Made by a program: the position numbers and the translations under genes. This document shows, piece after piece, positions 16,897 through 26,042 of a DNA stretch of 45,414 bases. The notes under the pieces are model-generated. The model was not told the origin of the DNA. It worked only from the letters and a program-made list of their open reading frames with translations, and searched no databases. This stretch comes from an uncultured Ruthenibacterium sp. (GTDB lineage: Bacteria; Bacillota; Clostridia; Oscillospirales; Ruminococcaceae). Position 1 is the first letter of the stretch; the number at the start of each line of letters is the position of its first letter. The DNA is taken from NCBI GenBank assembly GCA_944388415.1, contig CALXIU010000150.1, positions 1 to 45,414 of the forward strand, in the 5' to 3' direction.

Positions 16897-17922
16897 ATGG
16901 AACAGAATGCAAAGACCGTCCAGAAACAGGTGATCGTTCGCATGTACCTGCCCGATATGGAGGCGCTCAAGGCCGCCGCGAAATCCATGCGGCTCCAGCG
17001 CGACATCCAGATGAAGCTGTACGGGCAGGCGGGCGAGGTGCTCGCCGTCATCCGCTCGCAGGCGTACGCGCCTGCGGCCGCCACGGAGCTGAGCGAGACC
17101 GCCGCCGAACAGATCGAGCAGGCGGTCGGCGCGAGCGCCTACGCGCGCGGCAAGGGCAGCCTCGCCTATGTCACGGCGGGCGAGCTGATCGAGAACGAGT
17201 GCATCCTCGCGGCGGCCAACGCCGAGACGGGCGCGCTCGTTGGCGAGGAGCTCGCGGCCACGAAGCGCGGCGCGAAGGTGTTCGACTTCGGCGAGTCCAG
17301 CTACAACGATCCGCGCGCGTCGCGCCGCATCGAGGACTACGCGGGCGACCCCGACGAGGAGACGCCGCTGCAAATGGCGTGCGACCTCGCAACCGCCGCC
17401 GCGAAATACGGCAAGGCGGAGTTCGGCTGCGCCGTCACGGGACTCGAGTCTGACAAGGCCGTCTGGGCCGCCGTGAGCCACAAGTCCACCGTCTGGGTGC
17501 GCAAGATCCGTCCGGGCGAGGACGCGGGCAAGACCGCCGCGCTCACGATTCTTGACATCATCCGCCTTGTGCTCCAGCGTCAGGCCGTCCCCTACGCCAA
17601 ACAGTTCCGCGCGGGCAGCGAGGCCGTCTGGAACGAGGGCAAGCTGGGCGGAAAGCCGAAGAGCGGCGCGGGCAAGGTCATTCTGATCGTGCTCTCCATC
17701 ATCTGCCTCGCCGTGGCGCTCGGCCTCGGCATCTGGCTTGCGCTGGATAACTTCGTGTTCAGCAGGGACGATTCGTCGTCCGGCTCGCTGCCGCAGTCCA
17801 CAGCGCAGTCCGTCGTGCAATCCATTCCGCAGAGCGTGCCCGCCTCAGACAGCACCGTTTCCTCGATCCCGCAGGCCGACCTGCCCGCCGGCGATGAAAA
17901 CGGCGTCCACACGCTGGGGTGA
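16897..17922 (+). CDS. Degenerate CinA C-terminal-like protein with a TM helix and Ser/Gln-rich tail
   Basis: Colinear similarity to the C-terminal half of the upstream CinA; hydrophobic ILIVLSIICLAVALGLGIWL segment. Confidence 0.7.
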   Translation: MEQNAKTVQKQVIVRMYLPDMEALKAAAKSMRLQRDIQMKLYGQAGEVLAVIRSQAYAPAAATELSETAAEQIEQAVGASAYARGKGSLAYVTAGELIENECILAAANAETGALVGEELAATKRGAKVFDFGESSYNDPRASRRIEDYAGDPDEETPLQMACDLATAAAKYGKAEFGCAVTGLESDKAVWAAVSHKSTVWVRKIRPGEDAGKTAALTILDIIRLVLQRQAVPYAKQFRAGSEAVWNEGKLGGKPKSGAGKVILIVLSIICLAVALGLGIWLALDNFVFSRDDSSSGSLPQSTAQSVVQSIPQSVPASDSTVSSIPQADLPAGDENGVHTLG

Positions 17923-17928
17923 AGCGCT

Positions 17929-19392
17929 TTGAAAGAACATCAGACCGATCTCTTGCGCCGCCGTCTCAGGACGGCGGCGCAAGGCGCCTATCCGCTGCAC
18001 ATGCCCGGCCACAAGCGGCGCGTCGCGCCCGCAGAAGGGCTTCCATATGAGTGGGATGTGACCGAACTTCCCGGCACGGACGATCTGCACGACGCGTCCG
18101 GCATCCTCGCGGACGCGATGGCCCGCACCGCGCGCCTCTTCGGCGCAAAGCGCACGTGGTACCTCGTCAACGGCTCCACGTGCGGCATCCTCGCGGGCAT
18201 CCGCGCGCTCGCGCCGGACGGCTCTGCCGTCGTCGCCGCGCGCAACTGCCACAAATCCGTCTTTCACGCCGCCGAGCTGGGCCGCCTGCGCGTGCGCTGG
18301 CTCGCGCCGCCCGTCGAGCCGGCGTTCGGCGTCTTCGCGTCCGTGACGCCTGAAGCGGTTGCCGCGGCGCTCGACGAGACGCCCGGCGCGCGCTGCGTCA
18401 TTCTGACAAGTCCCACGTACGAGGGCGTCGTCAGCGACGTCGCCTCCATCGCGCGCGTGTGCCACGCGCGCGGCGCGGCACTCTTTGTCGACGAGGCGCA
18501 CGGCGCGCACCTCGGGCTGTCGCCGCTCTTTCCCGGTGGCGCGCTCGCCGCGGGCGCGGACGTCGTCATTCAGAGCGCCCACAAGACGCTGCCCAGCCTG
18601 ACGCAGACGGCGCTTTTGCACATCCCGGAGGGCTCGCTCGCAAGCGAAGACGAGATCTCCCGCCAGCTCGGCATCTTCGAGACGTCCAGCCCGTCGTATC
18701 CGCTGCTGGCGTCGCTCGACGGCTGCACCGGCCTTCTTGAGGCGAACGGAGAAGCATGGTTCGCCGCGTGGGACGAGCGCCTCGCGCGCTTTTACGCCGC
18801 CGCAAAGGGCTTTTCGCGCGTGCGCGTCTTCACCGGGGGCGAGGGAGTGTTCCTGCACGACCGCGGCAAGCTGCTTTTGAACGCCTCTGCCGCCGGACTC
18901 ACCGGCGCACAGCTCGCACAGGCCCTGCGGGAAAAGGGCTTCGAACTCGAGATGGTGTGCGGCGCGAACGCGCTCGCGATGACGAGCGTCTGCGACGCGC
19001 CCGGCGCGCTCGACCGCCTCGCCGGGGCGCTTGCGGAGATCGACCGCGCGCCCGGCGCGCCGCTTCCCGCGATGCCCGCCGCCGCGTGGCCGGGCGCGGA
19101 GACGGCGTGCGCCATCGGGGACGCGCTGCGCCTGCCCGCGCGCGACGTGCCGCTCGGCGAGGCCGCGGGCCTCGTCAGCGCGCAGTACGTCTGGGCCTAC
19201 CCGCCCGGCGTGCCGCTCCTCATCCCCGGCGAGCGCGTGGACGCGGGCTTCGCGCGCCTGTACCGCTCGCTCGCCGAAAGCGGCGCGCGCCTCATCCACG
19301 AGCCGCGCTGCGACTTGACAAATGCCGTGAAATGTGGCATTCTTATGAAAGAAATTACAAGTGAAGGAGTGTCGACCCTTGAAGCACATTGA
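17929..19392 (+). CDS. PLP-dependent Orn/Lys/Arg decarboxylase family protein (YaaO-like)
   Basis: LHMPGHK, LVNGSTCG, RNCHKSV, DEAHGAH, QSAHKTLP, YPPGVPLLIPGE. Confidence 0.88.
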   Translation: MKEHQTDLLRRRLRTAAQGAYPLHMPGHKRRVAPAEGLPYEWDVTELPGTDDLHDASGILADAMARTARLFGAKRTWYLVNGSTCGILAGIRALAPDGSAVVAARNCHKSVFHAAELGRLRVRWLAPPVEPAFGVFASVTPEAVAAALDETPGARCVILTSPTYEGVVSDVASIARVCHARGAALFVDEAHGAHLGLSPLFPGGALAAGADVVIQSAHKTLPSLTQTALLHIPEGSLASEDEISRQLGIFETSSPSYPLLASLDGCTGLLEANGEAWFAAWDERLARFYAAAKGFSRVRVFTGGEGVFLHDRGKLLLNASAAGLTGAQLAQALREKGFELEMVCGANALAMTSVCDAPGALDRLAGALAEIDRAPGAPLPAMPAAAWPGAETACAIGDALRLPARDVPLGEAAGLVSAQYVWAYPPGVPLLIPGERVDAGFARLYRSLAESGARLIHEPRCDLTNAVKCGILMKEITSEGVSTLEAH

Positions 19393-19522
19393 GACTTTGG
19401 AAACGCGCGACATGGCGCAGAGCGTCGAGAACGGCGGCTGTGGCGAGTGCCAGACGTCCTGCCAGTCCGCCTGCAAGACCAGCTGCGGCATCGCGAACCA
19501 GCCCTGCGAAAAGGCCGAGTAA
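19379..19522 (+). CDS. scfA: Six-cysteine ranthipeptide SCIFF precursor (47 aa; missing from the ORF track)
   Basis: TTG start after GAAGGAG. Reads MKHIETLETRDMAQSVENGGCGECQTSCQSACKTSCGIANQPCEKAE. Confidence 0.96.
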   Translation: MKHIETLETRDMAQSVENGGCGECQTSCQSACKTSCGIANQPCEKAE

Positions 19523-19595
19523 GCAAGACGATATCGTTTCGCGCCGGGAAGCGTCACGCATCCCGGCGATTTTCTGTGATTGGGAGGATTTTCGT

Positions 19596-21041
19596 TTGAT
19601 CCATCAGTACAAACTCAACGGCTACAACATCGTGCTCGACGTGTACAGCGGCAGCGTCCACGTCGTGGATGAGCTTGCGTACGACGTCATCGGCATGTAC
19701 GAATCGCACACGCCGGACGAGATCACCGCCGCGATGCTGGAAAAATACGCCGGGAACCCGGACGTCACGCCACAGGAGATCGCCGATTGCCTCGAGAGCG
19801 TCGAGGCGCTCAAAGCGGCGGGCAAGCTGTTCGCGCCGGACGTCTATGAGGACCGCGCGTTTGATTTCAAAAACCGCAGCACCGTCGTCAAGGCGCTGTG
19901 CCTGCACGTTGCGCACACGTGCAACCTCAACTGCGAGTACTGCTTCGCGGCGCAGGGCAAATTCCACGGCGACGCCGGATTGATGAGCTTCGAGACGGGC
20001 CGCCGCGCGCTCGACTTCCTCGTCGAGCACTCCGGCACGCGCCGCAACCTCGAGGTCGATTTCTTCGGCGGCGAGCCGCTGATGAACTTCGAGGTGTGCA
20101 AGCAGCTCGTCGCCTACGCGCGCAGCATCGAGAAGGAGAAGGGCAAGAACTTCCGCTTTACGCTCACGACGAACGGCGTCGGCATCAACGACGACGTCAT
20201 CGACTTCGCGAACCGCGAGTGCGTCAACGTCGTGCTCAGCCTCGACGGCCGCAAGGAGGTCCACGACCGCCTGCGCAAATACATCTCTGGCAAGGGCAGC
20301 TACGACGACATCGTGCCCAAGTTCCAGAAGCTCGTCAAGGCGCGCGGCGGCAAGGGCTACTACATGCGCGGCACGTTCACGCACTACAACCCGGATTTCA
20401 CGAACGACCTCTTCCACATGGCTGACGACCTCGGATTCACGGAGCTGTCGATGGAGCCCGTCGTCTGCGCCCCCGGCGACCCCTACGCGCTGACGGAGGA
20501 CGACCTTCCCATCCTGTTCGAGCAGTACGAGCTCCTCGCGAAGGACATGATCCGCCGCGAGAAAGAGGGAAGACCCATCACGTTCTACCACTATATTCTC
20601 GACCTCAAGCACGGCCCGTGCATCTACAAGCGCATCTCCGGCTGCGGCAGCGGCACGGAGTACATGGCCGTCACGCCGTGGGGCGACCTCTACCCATGCC
20701 ACCAGTTCGTCGGCGACGAGCGCTACAAGCTCGGCGATATCTGGAATGGCGTGCAGAACACGGAATTGCAAAACGAGTTCAAGCTGTGCAACGTCTACGC
20801 CCGCCCCGACTGCGCCGACTGCTGGGCGCGTCTGTACTGCTCGGGCGGCTGCGCGGCCAACGCGCTGCACGCCACGGGCAGCATCCGCGGCGTGTACGAC
20901 TACGGCTGCCGCGTGTTCCGCAAGCGCATCGAGTGCGCCGTGATGGTCAAGGCAGCCGAGGCGCTCGACCCCGAACTGCGCGCGAAGACCGCGCCCGCCG
21001 CAAACGCGGAGGACTGCGACGGCTGCGGCGGCTGCGGCTGA
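19596..21041 (+). CDS. scfB: SCIFF radical SAM/SPASM thioether maturase
   Basis: MIHQYKLNGYNIVLD, CNLNCEYC, GCGSGTEY...YPCHQF, CADCWARLYCSGGC; adjacent to scfA. Confidence 0.96.
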   Translation: MIHQYKLNGYNIVLDVYSGSVHVVDELAYDVIGMYESHTPDEITAAMLEKYAGNPDVTPQEIADCLESVEALKAAGKLFAPDVYEDRAFDFKNRSTVVKALCLHVAHTCNLNCEYCFAAQGKFHGDAGLMSFETGRRALDFLVEHSGTRRNLEVDFFGGEPLMNFEVCKQLVAYARSIEKEKGKNFRFTLTTNGVGINDDVIDFANRECVNVVLSLDGRKEVHDRLRKYISGKGSYDDIVPKFQKLVKARGGKGYYMRGTFTHYNPDFTNDLFHMADDLGFTELSMEPVVCAPGDPYALTEDDLPILFEQYELLAKDMIRREKEGRPITFYHYILDLKHGPCIYKRISGCGSGTEYMAVTPWGDLYPCHQFVGDERYKLGDIWNGVQNTELQNEFKLCNVYARPDCADCWARLYCSGGCAANALHATGSIRGVYDYGCRVFRKRIECAVMVKAAEALDPELRAKTAPAANAEDCDGCGGCG

Positions 21042-21113
21042 CTGCTTTACAACGCGCCGCCGCGCGTTCTATAATAGACACAAGGAGCAATTTCAAGAAA
21101 AGGAGATGCTGTT

Positions 21114-22241
21114 ATGGAACCGTCCAAGGTTTACTTCACCGATATGCGCGCGCTGCCGGGCACGAGCCTGCAACAGAAGCTCGAGCGCCTGATGCGCCGC
21201 GCGGGCATCGAGACGATCGACTTCAAGGACAAATTCGCCGCCATCAAGATCCACTTCGGCGAGCCGGGCAACCTCTCGTACCTGCGCCCGAACTTCGCCA
21301 AGACTGTCGCGGACATGGTCAAGAGCCTCGGCGGCAAGCCGTTTCTGACTGACTGCAACACGCTGTACGTCGGCCGCCGCAAGAACGCGCTGGATCACAT
21401 CGAGGCCGCGTATGAGAACGGCTTCTCGCCGTTTTCCACCGGCTGCCACGTCATCATCGCCGACGGCCTCAAGGGTACCGACGAGGTCGACGTCCCCGTC
21501 GCGAGCGGCGAGTACATCAAAATGGCGCACATCGGCCGCGCCGTGATGGACGCGGATGTGTTCATCGCGCTGTCGCACTTTAAGGGCCACGAGTCCACGG
21601 GCTTCGGCGGCGCCATCAAGAACATCGGTATGGGCTGCGGCTCGCGCGCGGGCAAGATGGACATGCACTGCTCCGGCAAGCCAGACGTCGACAAATCCGT
21701 GTGCCGTTCGTGCGGCGTGTGCATGAAAAACTGCGCGCACAGCGCCATCTCGTTCGATGAAAACCGCAAGGCGGGCATCGACCATAACAAGTGCGTCGGC
21801 TGCGGCCGCTGCATCGGCGCGTGCAATTTCGACGCCATCCACAACAGCAACGACTCCGCCAACGACGAACTCAACTGCAAGATGGCCGAGTACGCGAAGG
21901 CCGTTGTCGACGGCCGGCCGGCGTTTTACATCAACATCGTCAACCAGGTGTCGCCGTACTGCGACTGCCACGGCGAGAACGACACCGCCGTCATCCCGGA
22001 CGTCGGTATGTTCGCGTCGTTTGACCCCATCGCGCTCGACGTCGCGTGCGCGGACGCGTGCAACAAGATGCCCGTCATCCCCGGCAGTCTGCTGGACGAC
22101 CATCTGCACGCGGAGGGCGCGTGCGACCACCACGACCATTTCACGAACATCTCGCCCGAGACGAACTGGCGCACGTGCATGGAGCACGGCGAGAAGATCG
22201 GTCTCGGCTCGCAGAGCTATGAGCTCATCACCGTGAAGTGA
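21114..22241 (+). CDS. DUF362 domain / 4Fe-4S ferredoxin-like protein
   Basis: AIKIHFGEPGN, SHFKGHESTGFGGAIKNIGMGC, two CxxCxxCxxxC motifs. Confidence 0.88.
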   Translation: MEPSKVYFTDMRALPGTSLQQKLERLMRRAGIETIDFKDKFAAIKIHFGEPGNLSYLRPNFAKTVADMVKSLGGKPFLTDCNTLYVGRRKNALDHIEAAYENGFSPFSTGCHVIIADGLKGTDEVDVPVASGEYIKMAHIGRAVMDADVFIALSHFKGHESTGFGGAIKNIGMGCGSRAGKMDMHCSGKPDVDKSVCRSCGVCMKNCAHSAISFDENRKAGIDHNKCVGCGRCIGACNFDAIHNSNDSANDELNCKMAEYAKAVVDGRPAFYINIVNQVSPYCDCHGENDTAVIPDVGMFASFDPIALDVACADACNKMPVIPGSLLDDHLHAEGACDHHDHFTNISPETNWRTCMEHGEKIGLGSQSYELITVK

Positions 22242-22374
22242 GACAAAATCCCGCGCGCCGCGCTGTATCGGCGCGGCGCGCGGAAAAATTTCAAAAATGA
22301 GCAAAAAACACTTGACATTGCGCCGCCATTTTGATATTATAATAAAGCGCTCTTGAGAGACGCCAATTGAATAT

Positions 22375-22460
22375 GGGAGAGTTCCCGAGTGGCCAATGGG
22401 GGCAGACTGTAAATCTGTTGCGTCTTCGCTTCGATGGTTCGAATCCATCCTCTCCCACCA
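22375..22460 (+). tRNA. tRNA-Tyr (GTA)
   Basis: GGGAGAG/CTCTCCC acceptor stem, anticodon loop CTGTAAA, long variable arm, TTCGAATCC, encoded CCA; TTGACA promoter at 22312. Confidence 0.97.
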
Positions 22461-22465
22461 ACCAG

Positions 22466-22551
22466 AAAAACCGCCGTGTCCCGGCGGTTTTTTTGGTTGG
22501 TGGCTTGAGAGGATGAGATGACAAAAGCCCGCCGTACCCCGGCGGGCTTTT
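22466..22551. terminator. Two tandem terminator hairpins between tRNA-Tyr and a convergent gene
   Basis: AAAAACCGCCG-TGTCC-CGGCGGTTTTT and AAAAGCCCGCCG-TACCC-CGGCGGGCTTTT. Confidence 0.75.
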
Positions 22552-22565
22552 TCGTTGTGGGAATC

Positions 22566-22853
22566 TCACACCAGCACGAAGCGCATCGTCAAAAACGCCA
22601 GCAGAGCGCATTGCAGCAGGAAGATCAGCGGCACGAACAGCACGAAATACCAGTGCCGCGTCTTGTGCCGGAACGCGTACATCCCGGCCCACAGACCGCC
22701 TGCGCCGCCGGCGAGAGCCAGCAGAAACAGCGTTTTCTCCGGCACGCGGCGGTGCCCGGCGCGCCTCGCCGCGCGCTTGTCGTGCAGGCAGACGAAAAAC
22801 GCCGTTGCCGACAGAAAGGCCATCCACCCGACGGCCAGTTCAAACCAGAACAA
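22566..22853 (-). CDS. DUF1294 family membrane protein
   Basis: DKRAA...RVPEKTLFLLALAGG...MYAFRHKTRH; start uncertain. Confidence 0.88.
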   Translation of the reverse strand: MFWFELAVGWMAFLSATAFFVCLHDKRAARRAGHRRVPEKTLFLLALAGGAGGLWAGMYAFRHKTRHWYFVLFVPLIFLLQCALLAFLTMRFVLV

Positions 22854-22857
22854 ATCA

Positions 22858-23709
22858 TTACCCCCAGATCGGAAATTCAATCATCACCCAGACTCCCAGC
22901 GTCCAGCTCGCGAGGTTCGCCACGACCGCGTACGCCGTGCGCCGCGCCTTCGTGCCGGTCACGAGGAAGCGCCGGTAGACGATCGTCTCCGCGATCAAGA
23001 TCACAAGCTCCGCCGCCGGGATCATCAGCAGGTTTGCGATCACGACGCCCGCGCGCGGCAGCGTGTACGACAAAAACGCCGTCAGAAGCACCTGCGTCGC
23101 CGCGTTCGTCCACAGAAAGCACAGCGCGTCGCGCCGCGTCTTTGCCAGCCCGAACGCCAGCAGCAAAAGCCCCTCGATCACAAGCGTCGGCACAAGCGTT
23201 GCCGCGAGCTGCTGCGCGATCTTCGCAAACGGGATGTCGTAGTACGGCTTCAGCGCCATCGTCTCGCAGTCGAGCGTCAGCGTCTCGAAAAAGCGTGTGC
23301 GCTCATAGACCTCCTCGGAGACGCGCACCTCGCCGTCCTGCGTCACCAGAATGACGCGGAACTCCCGCGGCGGGATGTACGAAAATGTGAACTCGCGTCC
23401 CTTCGCCGTCTCTGTGCCCGCGATGTCGCCGAACAGCGGCACGTCGGTGCCGGTCGCGCGCGCGGCGTGCCACGCGCCGTCCTGATACGAGCGCAGCGCC
23501 GCCAGCATCGTCTCGTCATAGCCCTCCGGGTCGAGGGCGTGGTTGCGTCCCTCGTCCTCGACGAGAAGGTCGACGTAATACGAGCCCTCCGGCTCGTTGA
23601 CCGCGCGCAGCACGATGCGCGGCTTCGGCCCCATGTCTGCGAACGCGGGCGCGCACAGGCAGGCCATTGTCACAAGCGTCAGAAACAAGCAAGCCATTCT
23701 CTTTTTCAT
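22858..23709 (-). CDS. Hypothetical membrane protein with signal peptide
   Basis: Signal peptide ending AFA-DMGPKP; C-terminal TM helices (TLVIEG...N..TQ). Confidence 0.72.
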   Translation of the reverse strand: MKKRMACLFLTLVTMACLCAPAFADMGPKPRIVLRAVNEPEGSYYVDLLVEDEGRNHALDPEGYDETMLAALRSYQDGAWHAARATGTDVPLFGDIAGTETAKGREFTFSYIPPREFRVILVTQDGEVRVSEEVYERTRFFETLTLDCETMALKPYYDIPFAKIAQQLAATLVPTLVIEGLLLLAFGLAKTRRDALCFLWTNAATQVLLTAFLSYTLPRAGVVIANLLMIPAAELVILIAETIVYRRFLVTGTKARRTAYAVVANLASWTLGVWVMIEFPIWG

Positions 23710-23781
23710 GGAAAACGCCTCCTTCCAGCTTCATCATAGCATGGAAGGAGGCGGCGTTCCAGCGTCAAAAAGTGACAAAAC

Positions 23782-25542
23782 TCACATGGATTCCGGCACG
23801 GTGATTTTCATCATCGTCAGCGCGTTGCGCAGCACGTTGCGCGTCGCGATGCACAGCGCCGCGCGCGCGGAGCACAGGTTCTTGTCGTCGCAGCTGACGC
23901 GGCAGCTGTTGTAGAACTTGTGGTACAGCGTCGCCAGATCGTCCGTGTAGCGCGTGATGCGCGCCGGATCGTAGCTCTTCGCGGCCGAGACGATCTCGCC
24001 CGGGAACCGCGCGATGCAGCGGATCAGCTCGCGCTCGGCCGGCTCCGTCAGCACCGTCAGGTCGGCATCCTCCGGCGCGATCAGCTCCACGCCGTCGGCG
24101 GCCAGCTTCTTCAGGATGCTGCAAATGCGCGCGTGCGCGTACTGCACATAGTAGACGGGGTTGTCGTTGTCCTCCGCCACCGCGAGGTCGAGGTCGAAGT
24201 CCATCGCGCTGCCCGGCTCGCGCAGATTGAACAAAAAGCGCGCCGAGTCGATGGGCACTTCGTCCAGAAGGTCCGTCAGCGTGATGGCCTTGCCCGTGCG
24301 CTTCGACATGCGCACCACCTCGCCGCCGCGCACGAGGCGCACGAATTGCATCAGCACGACGTCCAGCTTCTCGCCGTCGAGGCCGACGGCGTCCATCGCG
24401 CCCTTCATGCGCGCGACGTGGCCGTGGTGGTCGGCGCCCCACACGTCGATGGCGCGCTCAAAGCCGCGCACCGCGAACTTGTTGTAGTGATAGGCGATGT
24501 CGGCCGCGAAGTACGTCGGCACGCCGTTCGCGCGCACCAGAACCTCGTCCTTCTCCTCCTCGTTCACCTCGCCGCCGAGGCCCTTGCGCGCGTTCTTGTT
24601 CGCGCCGTACTTCGCGCTGTACTGCGTCGAGCGGTACCAGATCGCGCCGTCCTTCTCGTACGTCGCGCCGCGCGCGGCCAGCTTGTCCAGCACGTCCTGG
24701 ATCGCGCCGGACTCATGCAGCGTCGTCTCGCTGAACCACACGTCGTATTTGACGCGGTATTTCGCCAGATCGTCCTTCAGCCCCTGCACGTTTTTCGGCA
24801 GGGCGTAGGCCACGATGGCCTTCTGCAGCTCCTCCTCGGGCGCGTCGACATAGCGGTCGCCCACCTCGTCCGCGAACTCCTTCGCGCGCACGCGGATGTC
24901 CTCGCCCTGATAGCCGTCGGCGGGGAACTCCACCGCGTCCTCGCCCTTGAAGAGCTGGAGGTATCGCGCCGCGAGGCTCTTGCCAAACTTCATCACCTGG
25001 TTGCCCGCGTCGTTGATGAGGAACTCGCGCGTCACGTCATAGCCCGCCCAGTCGAGCGCCGCCGCGAGGCAGTCGCCCAGCGCTGCGCCGCGCGCGTTGC
25101 CCAGGTGCATCGGGCCGGTGGGGTTTGCCGAGACGAATTCCACGTTGTATTTATGGCCTTTGCCCGCCCGCGTTCGGCCGTACTCGGCCGACACGTTCGC
25201 CGCCAGCACCGTCTGCGCGAACCACTCGGGCGACAGGAACAGATTGATGAAGCCCGGCCCGGCGACCTCCACGCGCTCGAACCACGAGCCGTCCAGCGTC
25301 AGGTGCGCCGTCAGCGCCTCGGCGATCTTGCGCGGCGCCATGCCGAACACGCGCGCCGACGCCATCGCCAGATTCGAGGCGACGTCGCCGTTCTTTGTGT
25401 CGTTCGGGATCTCCGTGATGAAATCCGGCAGCTCGCGCTGCGCCAGAGCGCCATCCGCCATCGCGGCTTCGGCCGCGGCGGTCAGCAGGCTGCGCGCCTC
25501 GTCCAGCGCGGCCTGACGGGGGTCAAAATAGCGGTAATCCAT
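23782..25542 (-). CDS. argS: Arginine--tRNA ligase
   Basis: EFVSANPTGPMHLGNARG, WGADHHGH, MSKRTG, YVQYAHARICSI. Confidence 0.98.
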   Translation of the reverse strand: MDYRYFDPRQAALDEARSLLTAAAEAAMADGALAQRELPDFITEIPNDTKNGDVASNLAMASARVFGMAPRKIAEALTAHLTLDGSWFERVEVAGPGFINLFLSPEWFAQTVLAANVSAEYGRTRAGKGHKYNVEFVSANPTGPMHLGNARGAALGDCLAAALDWAGYDVTREFLINDAGNQVMKFGKSLAARYLQLFKGEDAVEFPADGYQGEDIRVRAKEFADEVGDRYVDAPEEELQKAIVAYALPKNVQGLKDDLAKYRVKYDVWFSETTLHESGAIQDVLDKLAARGATYEKDGAIWYRSTQYSAKYGANKNARKGLGGEVNEEEKDEVLVRANGVPTYFAADIAYHYNKFAVRGFERAIDVWGADHHGHVARMKGAMDAVGLDGEKLDVVLMQFVRLVRGGEVVRMSKRTGKAITLTDLLDEVPIDSARFLFNLREPGSAMDFDLDLAVAEDNDNPVYYVQYAHARICSILKKLAADGVELIAPEDADLTVLTEPAERELIRCIARFPGEIVSAAKSYDPARITRYTDDLATLYHKFYNSCRVSCDDKNLCSARAALCIATRNVLRNALTMMKITVPESM

Positions 25543-25579
25543 GTTCTTCTCCTCTTTCTTTGCTCGTCCGCGCCCGGGC

Positions 25580-26008
25580 TCAGTCGGCCGGACGCACTGT
25601 GATGTGTACGAGATTGCGGCTCAGTTCCTCGGCGTCCACGTCCAGCATGTAGCTGAAGTCGACCGTGCCGCCCTCGTCGTGCAGGTTGGATACGATCTCG
25701 TCGGCCGCGACGCCCAGCGACAGCGCGCCCGCGCCCGTGTCATAGTGGCACACATGGCGGCGCCCCTTTTCGATCACAAGGCTGCTCGGCATCGGCCCGA
25801 AGCGCATCAGGCTGACCTTCCGCGCGTCCTCGGACACCTTCACTGTCGTCACGCAGCCCTTGTAGCCAGTGGCTTCCGTCTCGTTGTAGCTGATGAAGAA
25901 ACTGCCGCCGCGCCGCACAAAGCTGCCGCGCGTCATCAGCTCCACGCTGTCGGAATCGCCGTCCTGCTCCATCGTGCCGTGGATCGTGATCAGATAATCT
26001 TCCTTCAT
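25580..26008 (-). CDS. DUF1934 family protein
   Basis: All-beta-like small protein (ELMTRG...YNETE...HVCHYDT) in the usual position upstream of argS. Confidence 0.8.
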   Translation of the reverse strand: MKEDYLITIHGTMEQDGDSDSVELMTRGSFVRRGGSFFISYNETEATGYKGCVTTVKVSEDARKVSLMRFGPMPSSLVIEKGRRHVCHYDTGAGALSLGVAADEIVSNLHDEGGTVDFSYMLDVDAEELSRNLVHITVRPAD

Positions 26009-26042
26009 GGTTCACACTCCCGCGGCGTTTTCCCGCCGCCGT

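Noticed and set aside
19389-19595. N-terminal extension of the radical SAM ORF as given in the ORF track
   Set aside because: It overlaps scfA in another frame. The real start is the TTG at 19596 with a GGGAGG RBS.
22375-22560. tRNA-Tyr as an integration site
   Set aside because: I found no duplicated tRNA 3' end and no integrase in the window.
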